From NCBI GenBank assembly GCA_964270895.1, contig OZ185440.1: a DNA stretch of 64,000 nt. One strand, written 5' to 3'. Source of the DNA: Podarcis filfolensis (Eukaryota). Positions 12,788-25,686 of this stretch are shown here, piece by piece; position 1 is the stretch's first letter; each line of letters begins with the position of its first letter. The position numbers and the translations under genes were made by a program. The notes under the pieces were generated by a model, which saw only the letters and a list, made by a program, of their open reading frames with translations, made no database searches and was not told the origin of the DNA.

Positions 12788-14279
12788 CTACAATTAAAGC
12801 AAAAACTACAGTTTAGGACTATAGGATTATATTTTTAGACATGTACAATAAATGGCAGCTTGCCTTAGTTGAAAAGAAAGAAAACAGAATTAGGCATTAA
12901 CACTGCTAAAATAAAATATACATTAACTTGGATTCACATTCTTCATTTTGGAGGTTTGTACCCCAGTGCAGATTCATTCACACACATATACCAGATATAG
13001 GCAAATAGAATATTTGATTAGCTGCTACAAATGCACTGCCTGAGAATTTCAGGTTTTTGAATCAAGACAAAGAAACAAAAAGTGATCATACATTTTGGAA
13101 ATGCAACGATGTGCCAAACAAATCCAGAGATCTTGACAAGTCATTTATTTACTGTTCTAGAACTTCTGAATGCACTCATACATAGTCTCACACACTTGAT
13201 CACTGGCTTTGGACTGAAATCAAACATGTTTCCAAGCAGGCTTTAATATTCCAGAAGATATAAAGAAACAATTGGTGGGGACAGGGGGAAGGAGATAAAA
13301 CTTCTGAAAGTAGGAGGCAGGTGGGAAACAATGTCTGAATGTGCAAAAGGTATCAGAACAGCTGTCAACAGTATTTGCCATAGCAACAGGGAAGATATGG
13401 CAAATTTACTGTCTGTCACTAATTCTCATATCTCTGCCACCATCACACATCCATCCTTCACTCACACAATGTTTCTGCAAAATGCATGTATTGTCAAAGA
13501 AAACAGTTTTTCTAGGCAAATTCTTGCAAAAACCTCTCCTTTCAAATCACGCTTTGTAATAATATCTCCACTAAGAATACTTCTATGCTACAGGAAGAGA
13601 CAGTAACACCGAAGTTCAAGGAAGGGAGTTATTAAGGACAACAAAATTATTGTTAAAACTGTAGGCAGAAGTCTGGTGAAAGAGAATTGGTTCATAGCCA
13701 AACACATCACTAGCTGATTCTTGCCAAGATTTCCATTCTGTAGTCAATCCTCAGAAACATATTCTAATGGATATTCTAGGCATATTATCGGCCTATGAGA
13801 TATCTGATGTTAACACATGCCAATTAAACAAATAATGTTCCATCAAATTCTCTCTTTTGAAGCCAATAGTAAGCTGTAAGACCAAGCTATTTTTTGCACA
13901 GTTTTGTTAAATAGGCGCCTTATCACATCAAAGGAATACATTGCAGGAAGTAGATGGATGTATTCTTATTCTGGAATAGCAAGTGTGAAAAAATTCTGGT
14001 CAGAACCTCAAAAACAAAAGAAAAAGAAAATGAACCAGGGAAGTTCATCTTGGCAATAGCTCAATTCAGTTAGCATGGTTGCTTCCTTGTTCTATGAAGA
14101 AACTGGTTTGAACATTTTCTGAACAATCATGAGAGTTGGCAGACTGCTTTATTCAAAATGAAGTAATCCAAAAATTATCCATTTCTCCAAGGAGGACAGT
14201 TTCTGTGTAGGGCAGTTTCAAGAGTGGCACTACTGAGACTTAAATAAAACATGAAAGAATTCCTAAGCAATATTTGATT

Positions 14280-14600
14280 TATTTAATAAAATTTAGAGAT
14301 TGCTTGATTTTATTTTTTTAAAGGCACCTCAAAGTGGTTTACAAAAAGATAAACAAGAAAATCAAGAAAATTCACAACCCTACTTTAAAACACACACAAG
14401 TTTAAATACTAAAACAGATTAAAATTACCTCAGCTTTCTAAGCATCTGGGAGGTTTGTCTAAACATGAATGTTTTTAGCAGGCACTGAAAAGCGTACAGT
14501 GAAGGCATCTGCTTGATTGCAATAGGCAGGGAGTTCCAAAGAGGAGGTGCTGCCACACAAAACAATGGATTTTTTTTACAAATATGGAACAGGTATTATG
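14280..14600 (-). mobile_element. Older L2 LINE 3' end
   Basis: ggcagggagttccaaag/gtgctgccacac motifs, antisense to L2 ORF2 end, with A/T-rich tail. Confidence 0.55.
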
Positions 14601-14819
14601 TGGAATCTGTAGCAGTGCCAGTATGGTTCCATTCAGTATTTCTATAACAGAACAAGGCTGCTACAGATAGCCACACACCCCTGAAAGAACAGTAATTTTC
14701 ACCCAATTACTTTTAAGTTAGATCAATTTGCTGTACTTGCAGTTCACAAAACTAATTTAAATTAAACCCAAATGACAAGCACTCCCAGTCATTCCTGCTA
14801 CTGATTTAACGCGAAAAGT

Positions 14820-14825
14820 CATGCA
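14820..14825 (-). promoter_or_regulatory. RBFOX-type UGCAUG at +10..+15 of the RRSP microexon donor
   Basis: gtaagacgtTGCATG; the motif is seen, its function is inferred. Confidence 0.6.
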
Positions 14826-14834
14826 ACGTCTTAC

Positions 14835-14846
14835 CGGGCTGCGCCT
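14835..14846 (-). CDS. SGIP1: SGIP1 12-nt microexon (RRSP)
   Basis: cctttttgctgataacag|AGGCGCAGCCCG|gtaagacgttgcatg. Confidence 0.9.
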
Positions 14847-16259
14847 CTGTTATCAGCAAAAAGGAAGAGAGAAAGGTACCTAGTCAGAGAGTGACAGATC
14901 AATAATAAAAAAAGGACTTTGGATGATGAGATCTTCCTCTAGCTTCACAAATTAAGTAAACAATTTCCCCAGATTCCCCGTCTCATGCAGATCCCGAACC
15001 TATCTGATGTCCTTTTAATGAGTAAGCTATATAGATGTCTGCAGAAATTTTGGAAACAAATGGTTAGCTTTGAGGCTCCTTGAGGCCTGTGCAGCAGTAC
15101 CAAAGGGGCTGCCCAGCTTAGATACTCTGGGAGGATGGAACCTAGAATGGCAGCCTGCACATAGCACTCCAAATTCGGGAACTGACCCAGGGGGAAAGGG
15201 TAAATATTCCCTCAACTCAGAGCTGCTGAGGGGCTCTTTGTCGCTGCTCTTAAGTTTTTAAAACAAAAAAGATTATCCAATCACAGATCTACCTTGTCGT
15301 TTGTAGTCTGACCCCTTGATACCCCATAAACCTAACTAAAGGAAGACATGCCATAGGTATGGAAGGGTGAGACATTGATTGTTAAGAAGCCTAGCAAATT
15401 TTAATCTGCCCTCAAGCTCCCCTTCTCATATCTCTCTAGTAAATCCTTGTTAAAAAATAAATTGGCAAATTAGAGTTCTACTGTGTTGGCTTATTTGCAG
15501 CAAGAAATTAATAGAGAAATACAGACAAACAGGCACACACGTCACGAGTTTTCCGAAGAATGATCACATTAATTCTTATAAATACAGGAAATGCTGTGGC
15601 ATACAAAAGTACACAAGATGCAAAGAGAGATTAGGCAAGCCATCCTTCTTAGTTCCCCCATACCAAAATGGGTAATAATGTATTTATGACTGCCCAAATA
15701 AAGGAATATAGGTGAGACACTTGTTGAACATGAGTGCATAAATGTTCAAAAATGTTCTTGGCTATTGATTTAGATGAGATTGTAAAAACAACAGAGCCGA
15801 AGATGCACAAGGATCAGTTTGGAATCATATTGCAATGCAAATCAAACTAACCAGGAAATGCCGAGTAATTTATAGCATTTATGCTCTTTTATGAGTGTGT
15901 TGTCTTCACCGCTTAGATACTTTGTCTACTGGTGGTATGTAAACTTCTAAAATAAATAAATATAACTGAAGCAGCAGTGCTCTCTGGAGAGAGTTGGGCT
16001 ATTTTTGGCTATAGCTTGGATACTACTGTGCTCATGATACCACACAGTTTCAGTTACTTCAGTGGAACAATGCCAATACACACTAGCCAAGAATTTGTCA
16101 ATACATATTTTCCTTTAATTCTTTCCAGTAAGCAACTGCTTGCCACTTCTACTTATCTGTGACATTTAAGGCTGAGGAAAGGAATCTGCAAATATCTAGT
16201 ATGCCACTAATTTAGCCTTTAGTTTTGGTCTCAGCCCACCAAGCAGACACAATTTTCCT

Positions 16260-16776
16260 CATGGGGGAGTCTCCTCATGGGTGGGCCAGCCCTGATCCGA
16301 TCCTACAGAACGTCATATGAAACAGCTGAGACCATGCACATATAGCCTTTTAAACAAAGCTAAGATTCACTGATCAGCTGCTGTCCAAGGGGACTGAATT
16401 CTGTTCTTACTGCCAAACAGCCCATCAGCAGATTTCAGCTTTGTTTAGAGGGCTACATGCCCTCAACTGCAACTTGTATCGGGAAGGGGTAGCTGAGTGG
16501 AAGCCTGTTTACACAAGCATATAGTAGCTAGTTGAACTGTGGAAAGTGTGCACGTTATTGCAGGAAATAGTTCGTCATGATGAGTCTACAGATAACAAGA
16601 TGAAAGTGCCTGTCATGCTATTCTCACCCCACCCCTCTCCACGCCAGTGCAGGTTGTTGCTGCAATTGTGCTTTTGCACTAACTTCCACCACAAAGCAGA
16701 GTAAACCAAATAGGTCTAATTCTCATAAGTACGCAACATGTATTCCTTGGCCCACCCATGAGGAGACTCCCCCATG
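16260..16776. repeat. Perfect 29-bp inverted repeat, 459-bp spacer
   Basis: catgggggagtctcctcatgggtgggcca (16260-16288) vs tggcccacccatgaggagactcccccatg (16748-16776). Confidence 0.93.
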
Positions 16777-17602
16777 GGCACCCCACCCACACTAGCAGAG
16801 AAGCAGCAGTGGCAGTTTCTGGCTAGATCTCATGTGCTTTGCAAGATCCTACCAGAGCTCACCACTACTTCTCAGGTGCTGCCACACAACCCAGGTAAGG
16901 GAGGATTTTGTGGGGTGGCAGGATGGGTACAGATGTCATAAGCCCAATGGAAGTGAAAGAAAACTACTGTGGATGTAAAAGCTTATACATGAATTTAGTG
17001 GTGGAGGTGCTAACCCCCTTTTTATGTCTCCATAATTTAGGAAAGGGGTCAAATTAGCATATCAATATAGCAAAGTCCTGGATGTCTGGTTGAACCAGAC
17101 TGTACAGCAGTCTTCATGTTGTCTAAAAAACTTGGAGAAATTAATGCAGTGAAATGAAAGAAAATCCAGCACTGGATCTTCAGCTGAAGAGTAGTATACA
17201 AATTTAGTAAATAATAATGATGATGATAATAGGCCACAAAATACTATGGCTGAATGATTTTCTGAACAGTCAAGAAACCAGAGGTAGAGTTACAGAGGTT
17301 CATACTTTACTTGTGGAAATTTGCAATGTCCCCATTTATTCCAGCATTGTTAGGATTTAAAGCTTCATACCATTACATATATTTATGTGCAATATGAATT
17401 GAATGGGATTAGCCACCACTCATAAAGAAAGCCAAATGGAAAATTACCAGTACCTGTAAATAATAAGATTTTGCATTTTATATTCTTGGTTTTATAGACT
17501 GTTTTTTTTAAAAAAAGATAAATAAAGTGAATACTTTCTAATGCAAATAATCCATTAAAATGATAGATACAAAGAAAGAAAACGGGATAGATAATTTCTT
17601 AC

Positions 17603-17614
17603 CGGACTTTTCCT
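17603..17614 (-). CDS. SGIP1: SGIP1 12-nt microexon (RKSP)
   Basis: ttaatgcattctatag|AGGAAAAGTCCG|gtaaga; fills the RKSP segment of the mammalian protein. Confidence 0.9.
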
Positions 17615-19186
17615 CTATAGAATGCATTAACAAATGGAGAAAAGGGAGGGAGAATAAGCATTTTCTAAAAACATAAGCATTTATGCATAGAATATCACTC
17701 TCCATGAAATAGCATATCCCAGTCTCCTGTCCAAGCAGGTCTGCTCAGTGGTAAAATGGGATTTATTTCCATGAAACTTACTTATAGGAAAGTATGCTTA
17801 GGATTGCATTACAAGCAAACTAACAAATTCTGAAATGCCTAAAAGGTTATCATATACAAAATAGAGTAAATACTCATACAGAAGTGTAAACCAATAATGT
17901 TAAGTGCAGTCTGATCCCAGCTTATGCATACTCACTCAGAAATATGTCCCACTGAGATAAATGACACTTACCCCCCCCCCAAATAAGAGTGCATACAGCT
18001 GCAGTCTTACATTGTAAATGCCCAGTTACACATTGCTGGTACACCAAATAAAGAGAAACTGTATTTTCAAACCCCACAATCAATTTTCCATTAACATATG
18101 TATATGGCAGTAAACTGAGTATCCTGATGGGCTTTAAAAGCTGTACCCTTTCAAAAAGTGTGGACTTGTTTTTATTCTCTCCACAACAGGCATTTGCAAC
18201 AATTTTGGCTTCTTGCTTTCGTGAAAAGCTATTTGACTTGAAAACAAACTTTCAATGTTATATTACTGTTATGATGGTGATGTTACAGGTGTTTTGTATA
18301 CAACCAAATACTGCTACATTCTTCTGGCAGTTATTTGAGACATCATTCTGGTAGTTATCTTGAGAACAGAAGTAGTCAGGAAAATGCCAATCATTATCCT
18401 GGCTTCCATTATCAGATTTACTTTAGCTAATAAGGATAATAAAATAAACCATTTCCAGAAAATAGGGATGATAGATGTGATCCACTAAGTAACTGAAGAT
18501 ACATGCATTCTCTTCTGCCTAAGCAGGCTAGTACTATCACCCCCACCCTATTTAAATGAGTAGAAAACTTGTGGGTTATACATTTAGAATAATGAGCTTC
18601 CTTTTGTAATCCAATAAGAGACCTATTACAACTCAACAGAAGCCTCTGAGTAGTTCCTCCATCAAATACTACAGAAGAGACCTCTCACAAAGCCTCAGTT
18701 TCAATCAAAAATTATTTGTTTGCCATCTACTTAAGGAATGGAATAAAGCAAGATTCACAAGACAGGTTCTTGTTGTGAAAAAACAAATTCTTACTGTGGA
18801 CTGCTGTTCTCAGAGGATGCTGAAGGTTATTTGGGAGGGGGGCACCTCCTCTGCAGCCAGCAAACAGAGCAAAATTATGGCCTTTCCATACTCCCCAGAA
18901 CAAGACTGGAAGTGATTGGGGAGCTGAATAAACAAAGAAATATTCCTCAAAAACCTCCTTTACCTGGACCATCCTAACCTGGGAAAAGGTTACATAAGAA
19001 AAGCCTCCTCGTCTGGGTGTTCCCCAGTTTAGGAGCTGACATAATAAATGAACAGGCACATACAACAGCTCCACTGCTTTCTTGGGGAGCTAATGCAGCT
19101 TGTTTGCCAGCCTAAGCCAGCCCTTAGTTGGGCTTACCCACTCTGTCTTCAAAGCCTTAGGCAGGTGCAACGCCTAAGGAGGACCC

Positions 19187-19315
19187 CATGGGCGTGGCTA
19201 AGGGGGGCAGCTGCCCCTCTAGATCAAGTAAATCAATAAAAATACTTAACTGAGGTTCTGCCCCCCCCCCGCATGAAGCCTGCCCCTGCTAACATAAATC
19301 CTGGCTACGCCCAGG
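19187..19315. mobile_element. Small hAT-type MITE (129 bp)
   Basis: Ends catgggcgtggct / ggctacgcccagg; perfect 8-bp TSD gaggaccc at 19179-86 and 19316-23. Confidence 0.8.
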
Positions 19316-20600
19316 GAGGACCCTGTGGGAAGGCGATTCTTGCTCCCTTCTGGGTGGCTTCTGCGGCGTTCACCAAAACCACCAGGAAAACTTCCAAAGG
19401 AAACAGCAGGTTAGGCTGCTTTCTATCTTACTCCAAAAGTCTTTCCCCCTCTGCCACTTCCTGTATTTGGGGATTCAGACCCTGCCTCATATAGCTGTGT
19501 GGCCGGGCTAGGAATGAACCCCAGGGTCAATGGGAACATGCTGGCTTAGGTTTGCACAGTGGCAGTATTGTAGCCAATGAGGGGAATGTGTTGGCTTGCT
19601 TCTTTTGGGGGTTGTCATCCCTCCCCCACCAAAGAGAGGAGGTGCCTCTTTGGAACCCATGGGCTGCACACTTGTGGGAAGTACAAGAGCTCTGGAAGAG
19701 CTTCTAGAGGAGGAACCAGAGTGGTCCCTGAAGCTCCTATTTCCTCTTGTCCTAAGACTGGCCCTGGGACCTGCCCTTCCATCCCCTGCTATAGACCTCA
19801 GGAAGTATTCTCTTTGCTACCTCAATCCTCCAATGTGCTGCTCCATTAAGCATGCATGCTTGCTATGGCCATGCAAGAAAGCTCTACGAGATAAGAGTTC
19901 TGTGATGGGTTCCACACACAGCCACATACGCTGTGGGTCAGGGATGCCAAAGCAGTGCCCTATGGTAGATCATGTGGAGCACCCAGCCTCCTTCTGCCTG
20001 TCATCCATCAGCATCAAGAGATTCTGGTACACACCTACCCAACTCAGATCACTACCCTCACCCTTGGAGCCACAACCCGACTGCCAAGCTTAGGATGTGT
20101 TGGTAGGAAGGGGGAGGGGATACCTGGAGGCAGCAACCAAAGGAATAAAGGGATTTCTACCACCTCCCACCCCAAAGGAAGCAGGAACCATTTCGGCTCT
20201 TAGGAGCTTCAACCAAGCACCACCTGGAGGCTTGGCAGGTAAAGCCAGTCTGATAAGTGCATGGAAGTCCCTCCTATATAAGGAAAGAAAATTGGTTCTG
20301 CTTTTCAGCTCTAGAGCAGGTGCCTCCCTGAAGGTACTTAACACCTTATGGGATCCTCTAAAGAATATGCAATTCATATTCCAAAAGAGGTTTGGTTTAT
20401 TTCTGATAAAAACTTCTCATTTGTCTCTTATCTGGACTCCTGGTTGTCCTCCTTATTCTATTTATTTTGAGACACTGCAATATCCAGCAAATGCTACTCG
20501 CTCCCAAGTGCCTCAATCCTGTTTGATGCTTCGGTGTTTGAGCAGATGGCCATTGGCTAAAGCAGGTTACAGGGCAGAGCAAAGCACTGCTAAGTCTATT
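19316..20600 (+). mobile_element. Possible decayed DIRS-type (tyrosine recombinase) retrotransposon
   Basis: Weak motifs in DIRS order across frames: APFWVASAAFTK, PEWSL..IDL, QHQEILVH..CTCACC-CTTGG, KGIKGFLPP..APPGGLA..AWKS..LVLLFSSR. Recalled similarity only; boundaries uncertain. Confidence 0.4.
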
Positions 20601-23600
20601 AGCTTAATTGACTTGGAGGAAGAAGTAACTATATATCAAAAAAAGAAAAGAAAAAAGAAACACATTAAAAAAGAAGAGAAAAAGAAAAGTCCTATCAGTG
20701 AAGGTGAACCCTCCCTGCTGCTTGTCTTGTGCCTAACTACTCCATCCACTTTTCTTCTTTCCTGGCTCCAATGCTAGAAGTGACTCAGGAGCAGACAAAA
20801 GTGCCAAGAGAAATTAACTGCGGAGATGTAAGTTACAGGGAAAGACCATCCCATCCCTAGCTTTACTTTGTGAACAGGGGCAAGCACATGAAAAGAACAT
20901 AGGTGCTACCGTCACATATAACTGAATAGTGCAATTTATCTGGTGGTGGGAGATACCAACACTGTGCTGGGAGTCTCCACCTCTAGCATGTTTCAACATC
21001 TGAAGTAAGTGTATGTGCTCAGTGATGTCTCTACACAATCCGAAACCCGGCCTTTGAAGGATTCCTGGTCATATAAAGAGGTCCGTACACATGCACAAAT
21101 GCCGTGTGCATCAGGTTCACTTTAGTACCTCTAAATGAACATGTGAAAGTTGGGGTAGAGTCTGCCATGATGATGCCCCCACCATGCTTATTCTGCCTTG
21201 ATAGAATACCTCTGAGGATCTAGGCTAAGGAGAATCAGGTGGAATGAATGTAAGGTCAGGCTAACTTGGCTTCGCTGAATAAAAAGGTCAAACAGAAGGT
21301 ATTCTAGGCCTAGAGAACCGGATGACAGGACAGATTGGAAGAAAGGAACCCAAAAGAGGGTGCAAGAGGGACAGTGAAACCCTACACAAAAGGGCAACAG
21401 AAGGTCCTGCAGGCCTAGAAAATGTATGCCAGAGCTCCTTGGAGCCCTATAGACACGATAATAAATAAATGTAATTTTTGAAAGAATTGCCAATCATATC
21501 TGGAGTTTCCACCTTGCTTGACTTTTGTTAGTGTTCTGAAATTTAAAGAAAGACCCCTTGACAATAAAAGTTAAAAATGAAGCTGCAATCGCCTATCCTG
21601 TTGCTTTCTTGACCACCGTCATCCTTATCAGGTACAGCAGAAACAATAATTGAGTAACTAAAGTAACTGCCCCACACCATCGTCTTTGCTCCTACCTCAT
21701 CTCTTCTTAGCTAATGGAAATCCTCAAGCACAGAGTCCTCTGCTTCTTATAAAAGCTTAAAGGAGCAGAGTAGTCAGCCATGTCCTCTATATACCACCCC
21801 ATGTGCCTTATGGATGAAATATAAAGACTTTATGAGGATGCTGGCATTTACCCTTTACCCAATAATAGGATGTGGAAAACAAATATACAATGCTTTCACA
21901 CACTAGATGGAATCCAACTATTGTGAACCAAGTGTTGTGTTAGAAAACAAGGCATCACTTCTATTGATCAGAGTACAGTCTTTTGAATTAAACACTCCAA
22001 ATATCTTACTTAATTTACTGCTTTTAAATATAACAGCATGAAGTGCTGCTGTCTTAGAAAAGAATGTAAAGCAATGCAATTTGCTTGGTATATATTCTGT
22101 CCTTATTAAAAGAGTGTAGTTACAGAGCAATTTAGTTCAGTTATTCTTATTAGCATCCTGCTCTCCATAAAGAGCATTACTGCTTTACATGCCAAGCTTC
22201 CTTAAGACGTACAACATCAGTAGATCAGGAAGCTGCATTTTCTGCACTGCAACAAAGCCATCATTCTGATTTACTGTTCCCACATCTTCCACAGCCCAGG
22301 AAATGAGTGTCACAAATCAACTCTTGAACCTGGCTTCCATATACAACAATATAATGCACTGTTGTCTTGCCTCCAAGCCCAGCTGCAACAGCCTGGTGAC
22401 TGCATAATAACTGCAAAGCTCACTTGCTAGAATAAAGACCTACCGCCACAGCACATAAGCAAAAAACAGAATGCAACAGCAAATTTAAAAACAACATAAA
22501 TGTGATCCCAGCATTATTGTTAAAACACGTTATGTGGTTTAATTTAGTACAACTTCAGGGTTTATTTGCTTTGGTTTACAAGGTTGAGACCAACAAATAA
22601 ATAAACAAAAGTTGACATTGACACCTACTTCCTATTATGTAGCTAGTTCCATATTATTAAAACTTAAGTATCAGATGAAAATGCAATTGCTAAAAGTCAA
22701 TCAACATTGGAAAACTTTATTTGATTGCAAATTAAAAACAGCTAATGATAATTCATTTTGTTCTATTGTAAACTGAAAAGCTTTTAAGCAATTATGTACC
22801 CACAGAACACTATTACTTAGAACAGCAATTAATTATAGATATAAGTTAGTATTAGCTGTGACGAGGGATCAGTTAGGGGCGTTCTCCAGTTTTTCTGTTG
22901 CCAGGATATATTCTGTCATGGCTTTCTCCCAAGAATGTCAGGAATAGTACTTCTGTGAGGGTACTGAAAAGTCCTGAAGCACTGTTCACCTCACATAACT
23001 ATAAAACCCTGGGTTCCTTGCAAAGGGGAAAATGGGATATTTGCAATGTAGGTATGAATTAGTAACATGTAAGTCTTACATTTACGTTTTGTTTGTGTGC
23101 CCCTCTGACAGCAGTCTACCCTTGATTTTTAGAACAATGGTAGACTGGATAGAAAACAAAACTAAGGATTTGGAAGTGATCCAAGGGTATTATCTCTAGC
23201 ATTTCTTGTCACTAAAGCAGCATCCCATTTTCCAAAAATAAGTTGATAGTTGCAGCACTTTCAACCTAAGTGGGTTTTCCCTAGCAAGCTACAAAATTCA
23301 GCCTTCTGCAGGTGCTGTGTGTTCAGCAGCGCCTCCGGTGACCAGGTTATACAAAAGCTTTGAGAGAAAGTATTGCAACGTATTTATCAGTTTGTGTATG
23401 TGATAAGTCTGTTCTACTCAACAATGCCAGGCCCCTGGCCCTCAATGCAAAATCATTTATCAAAATAAGAAAACCTGTTTTAGCAGGAAAAGATAACCCA
23501 TCCTCTTCCCCTCCCCCCAAACATGCTCTCTAAATTGAACAAAATTATATAGATTTGATTCAGCTGTCATAAATGCTTGTCCTCACTTTAGATTAAAATT

Positions 23601-24279
23601 TCCAGATGATAGAAGCAGAGGTAGCTAATCTGACATCCTCTAGATGTTGTTAGAATAGAGCTCCCATCATTCCTGACCATTGGCTATGGGGCTGATGGGA
23701 ATCGTAGTCCAATAACACATTGGCTACTTTGGATTTAGAGTAAAATTTTAGAGAAAGCATATGGGTTCATGTACAATCACATGTACATGTGACTTCTGAG
23801 ATTTTACTTTCACTTTTTTTTTATTCCACAGTCCTCAAAACTCACAAGCAATACTGTTGGACTATGGCCCCACACATAACACAATTTTTAAAAGGCATTG
23901 TTGCCTAACCTCCTTAACAAGGGAGCCTACAACTCCCCCCCCCTCAAATCTGAACAGTTTAGGGGGGTGAGTAGGATTTTTTTTTTTTGCAAAGCTTCAA
24001 GACATTGCATGCTAACAAAGACAAGTCAGATGAGACTTTAAAGAGACAGAGCCCACACTGAAATATACAAACTGCTGCTTGCCCTGAAAGGGGTTCAGTC
24101 TCCATCCCTGCTCCTTTGCTTTCCTATGAGTTCTGGAATCTCCAGCGGGAAATGGATACTGTACAAGTAATTTCCACAAGGGAGAAGGTCCTCCAAAGCC
24201 TTTATCTCCAAGCTCTCTCTCATGGCTGGCAACCTCTTTTTATTTCACTTCAATAAATTATTTTATTATTTAAAACACG

Positions 24280-24578
24280 GCTGTGGCTCCGATCTGGTGG
24301 AACGCTCTGTCACAAGAGACTAGGGCCCTGCGGGACTTGACATCTTTCCGCAGGGCCTGCAAGACAGAGCTGTTCCACCAGGCCTTTGGCCAGGGCACAG
24401 CCTGACTCCCTCCTTCGGCAATCTTTGCGGAGCACTGGCCCAATGGCTGCCATTGGTTTGAGTTGAATTAATTTTATAATGAATGATTTTAGAGTGTTGT
24501 GTTGTACTGTTGTACTGTTTTATTGTTGTTAGGCGCCCTGAGCCCAGCTTCGGCTGGGGAGGGCGGGATATAAATAAA

Positions 24579-24610
<32 letters not shown>
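24280..24610 (+). mobile_element. L2 LINE 3' end, 5'-truncated, (TAT)n tail
   Basis: AVAPIWWNALSQETRALRDLTSFRRACKTELFHQAFGQGTA* then 3' UTR gggcgggatataaataaa and (TAT)n. Confidence 0.85.
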
Positions 24611-24612
<2 letters not shown>

Positions 24613-25686
24613 TCTTAGTTGCTGTCATTGGATACACAAGGACTAGTAGCTTACCACAGCTCTGTTCTCTTTACGACAAACACTTTTGTTGTGTTCACAC
24701 TTCATATCTCCACTTATACATTTAAAACATTTTACAGTGTAATCCTATGCATGCTTAATGAGGTCTCCCTGTGTTCAGTGGGGCTTTCTCCCCGGAAAGT
24801 GTTACAGGAGTGCAAGTCCTGCTTGTGTGCAAAATTTTCAGATGGAAATCGTATGTGGGGAAAGTGCTAAAAAAGTACCTCTCCCTCTGTGCCAGTCTTT
24901 CCTTTCAAATTGCAGCCTTGTATTCTGTTGGGGGTGGGGGAATCCTCCAGATCACAGAACTACTTGCCATGGCTTCTCCTTCTCCAAGGGGCAAAACAAT
25001 AGCATCTTCATTCATTCTCTGCTGCCCCTTATGACATAACAATCCAGACTATTTCCAATAAATTAGATTCTGACTTTACATGGAATCTTACGTTGCCAAA
25101 TTACAGCTTTACACCTTTAAGCATACATAATGGCTGGCTTTCAAGTCTCAGAGGGTGGCTCAGCATAAAGCATAGGAGGGGGTCTACTTCCTCTAAAAAA
25201 AGATCAAGGACCTCTCCTGAGCTCACAAAATCAATATATGGCTATCTGGCTTGTGGGCATTATAATTAAAGTGTACCTACAAAAATGTGACCCTATTTTT
25301 AACAAGTAAAGTCATCTATAATTAGTAATGCATTATTTTTTGTTAAAGTGCTGCAAATGTTTTTTCTTTTGGCATGGATCAAAATAGCCGTGCCATTCAC
25401 TGATATGAGAAACATTAGGCTTACTGAAATGTACTTGGCATGCGCAGAAAGTTGCTAGTGCAGTTCAGCAATATACTTTAAAAAGCAACCTGTCAACATG
25501 CAGAACACATTTTTCAACACATCCTGAACCAAAAATAGTTTCTAAAAAGCCTTGCCATTGTGTGATAAAACCAAGATTTGTTATAATAAAAATGCTAATA
25601 CAAGGAACAAATATAACAAGGAAGCTAAGCAAAATTAATTTTTGAAAACTAATCAATCACCATATTACAAAAAGAGTTTTGCTTAC

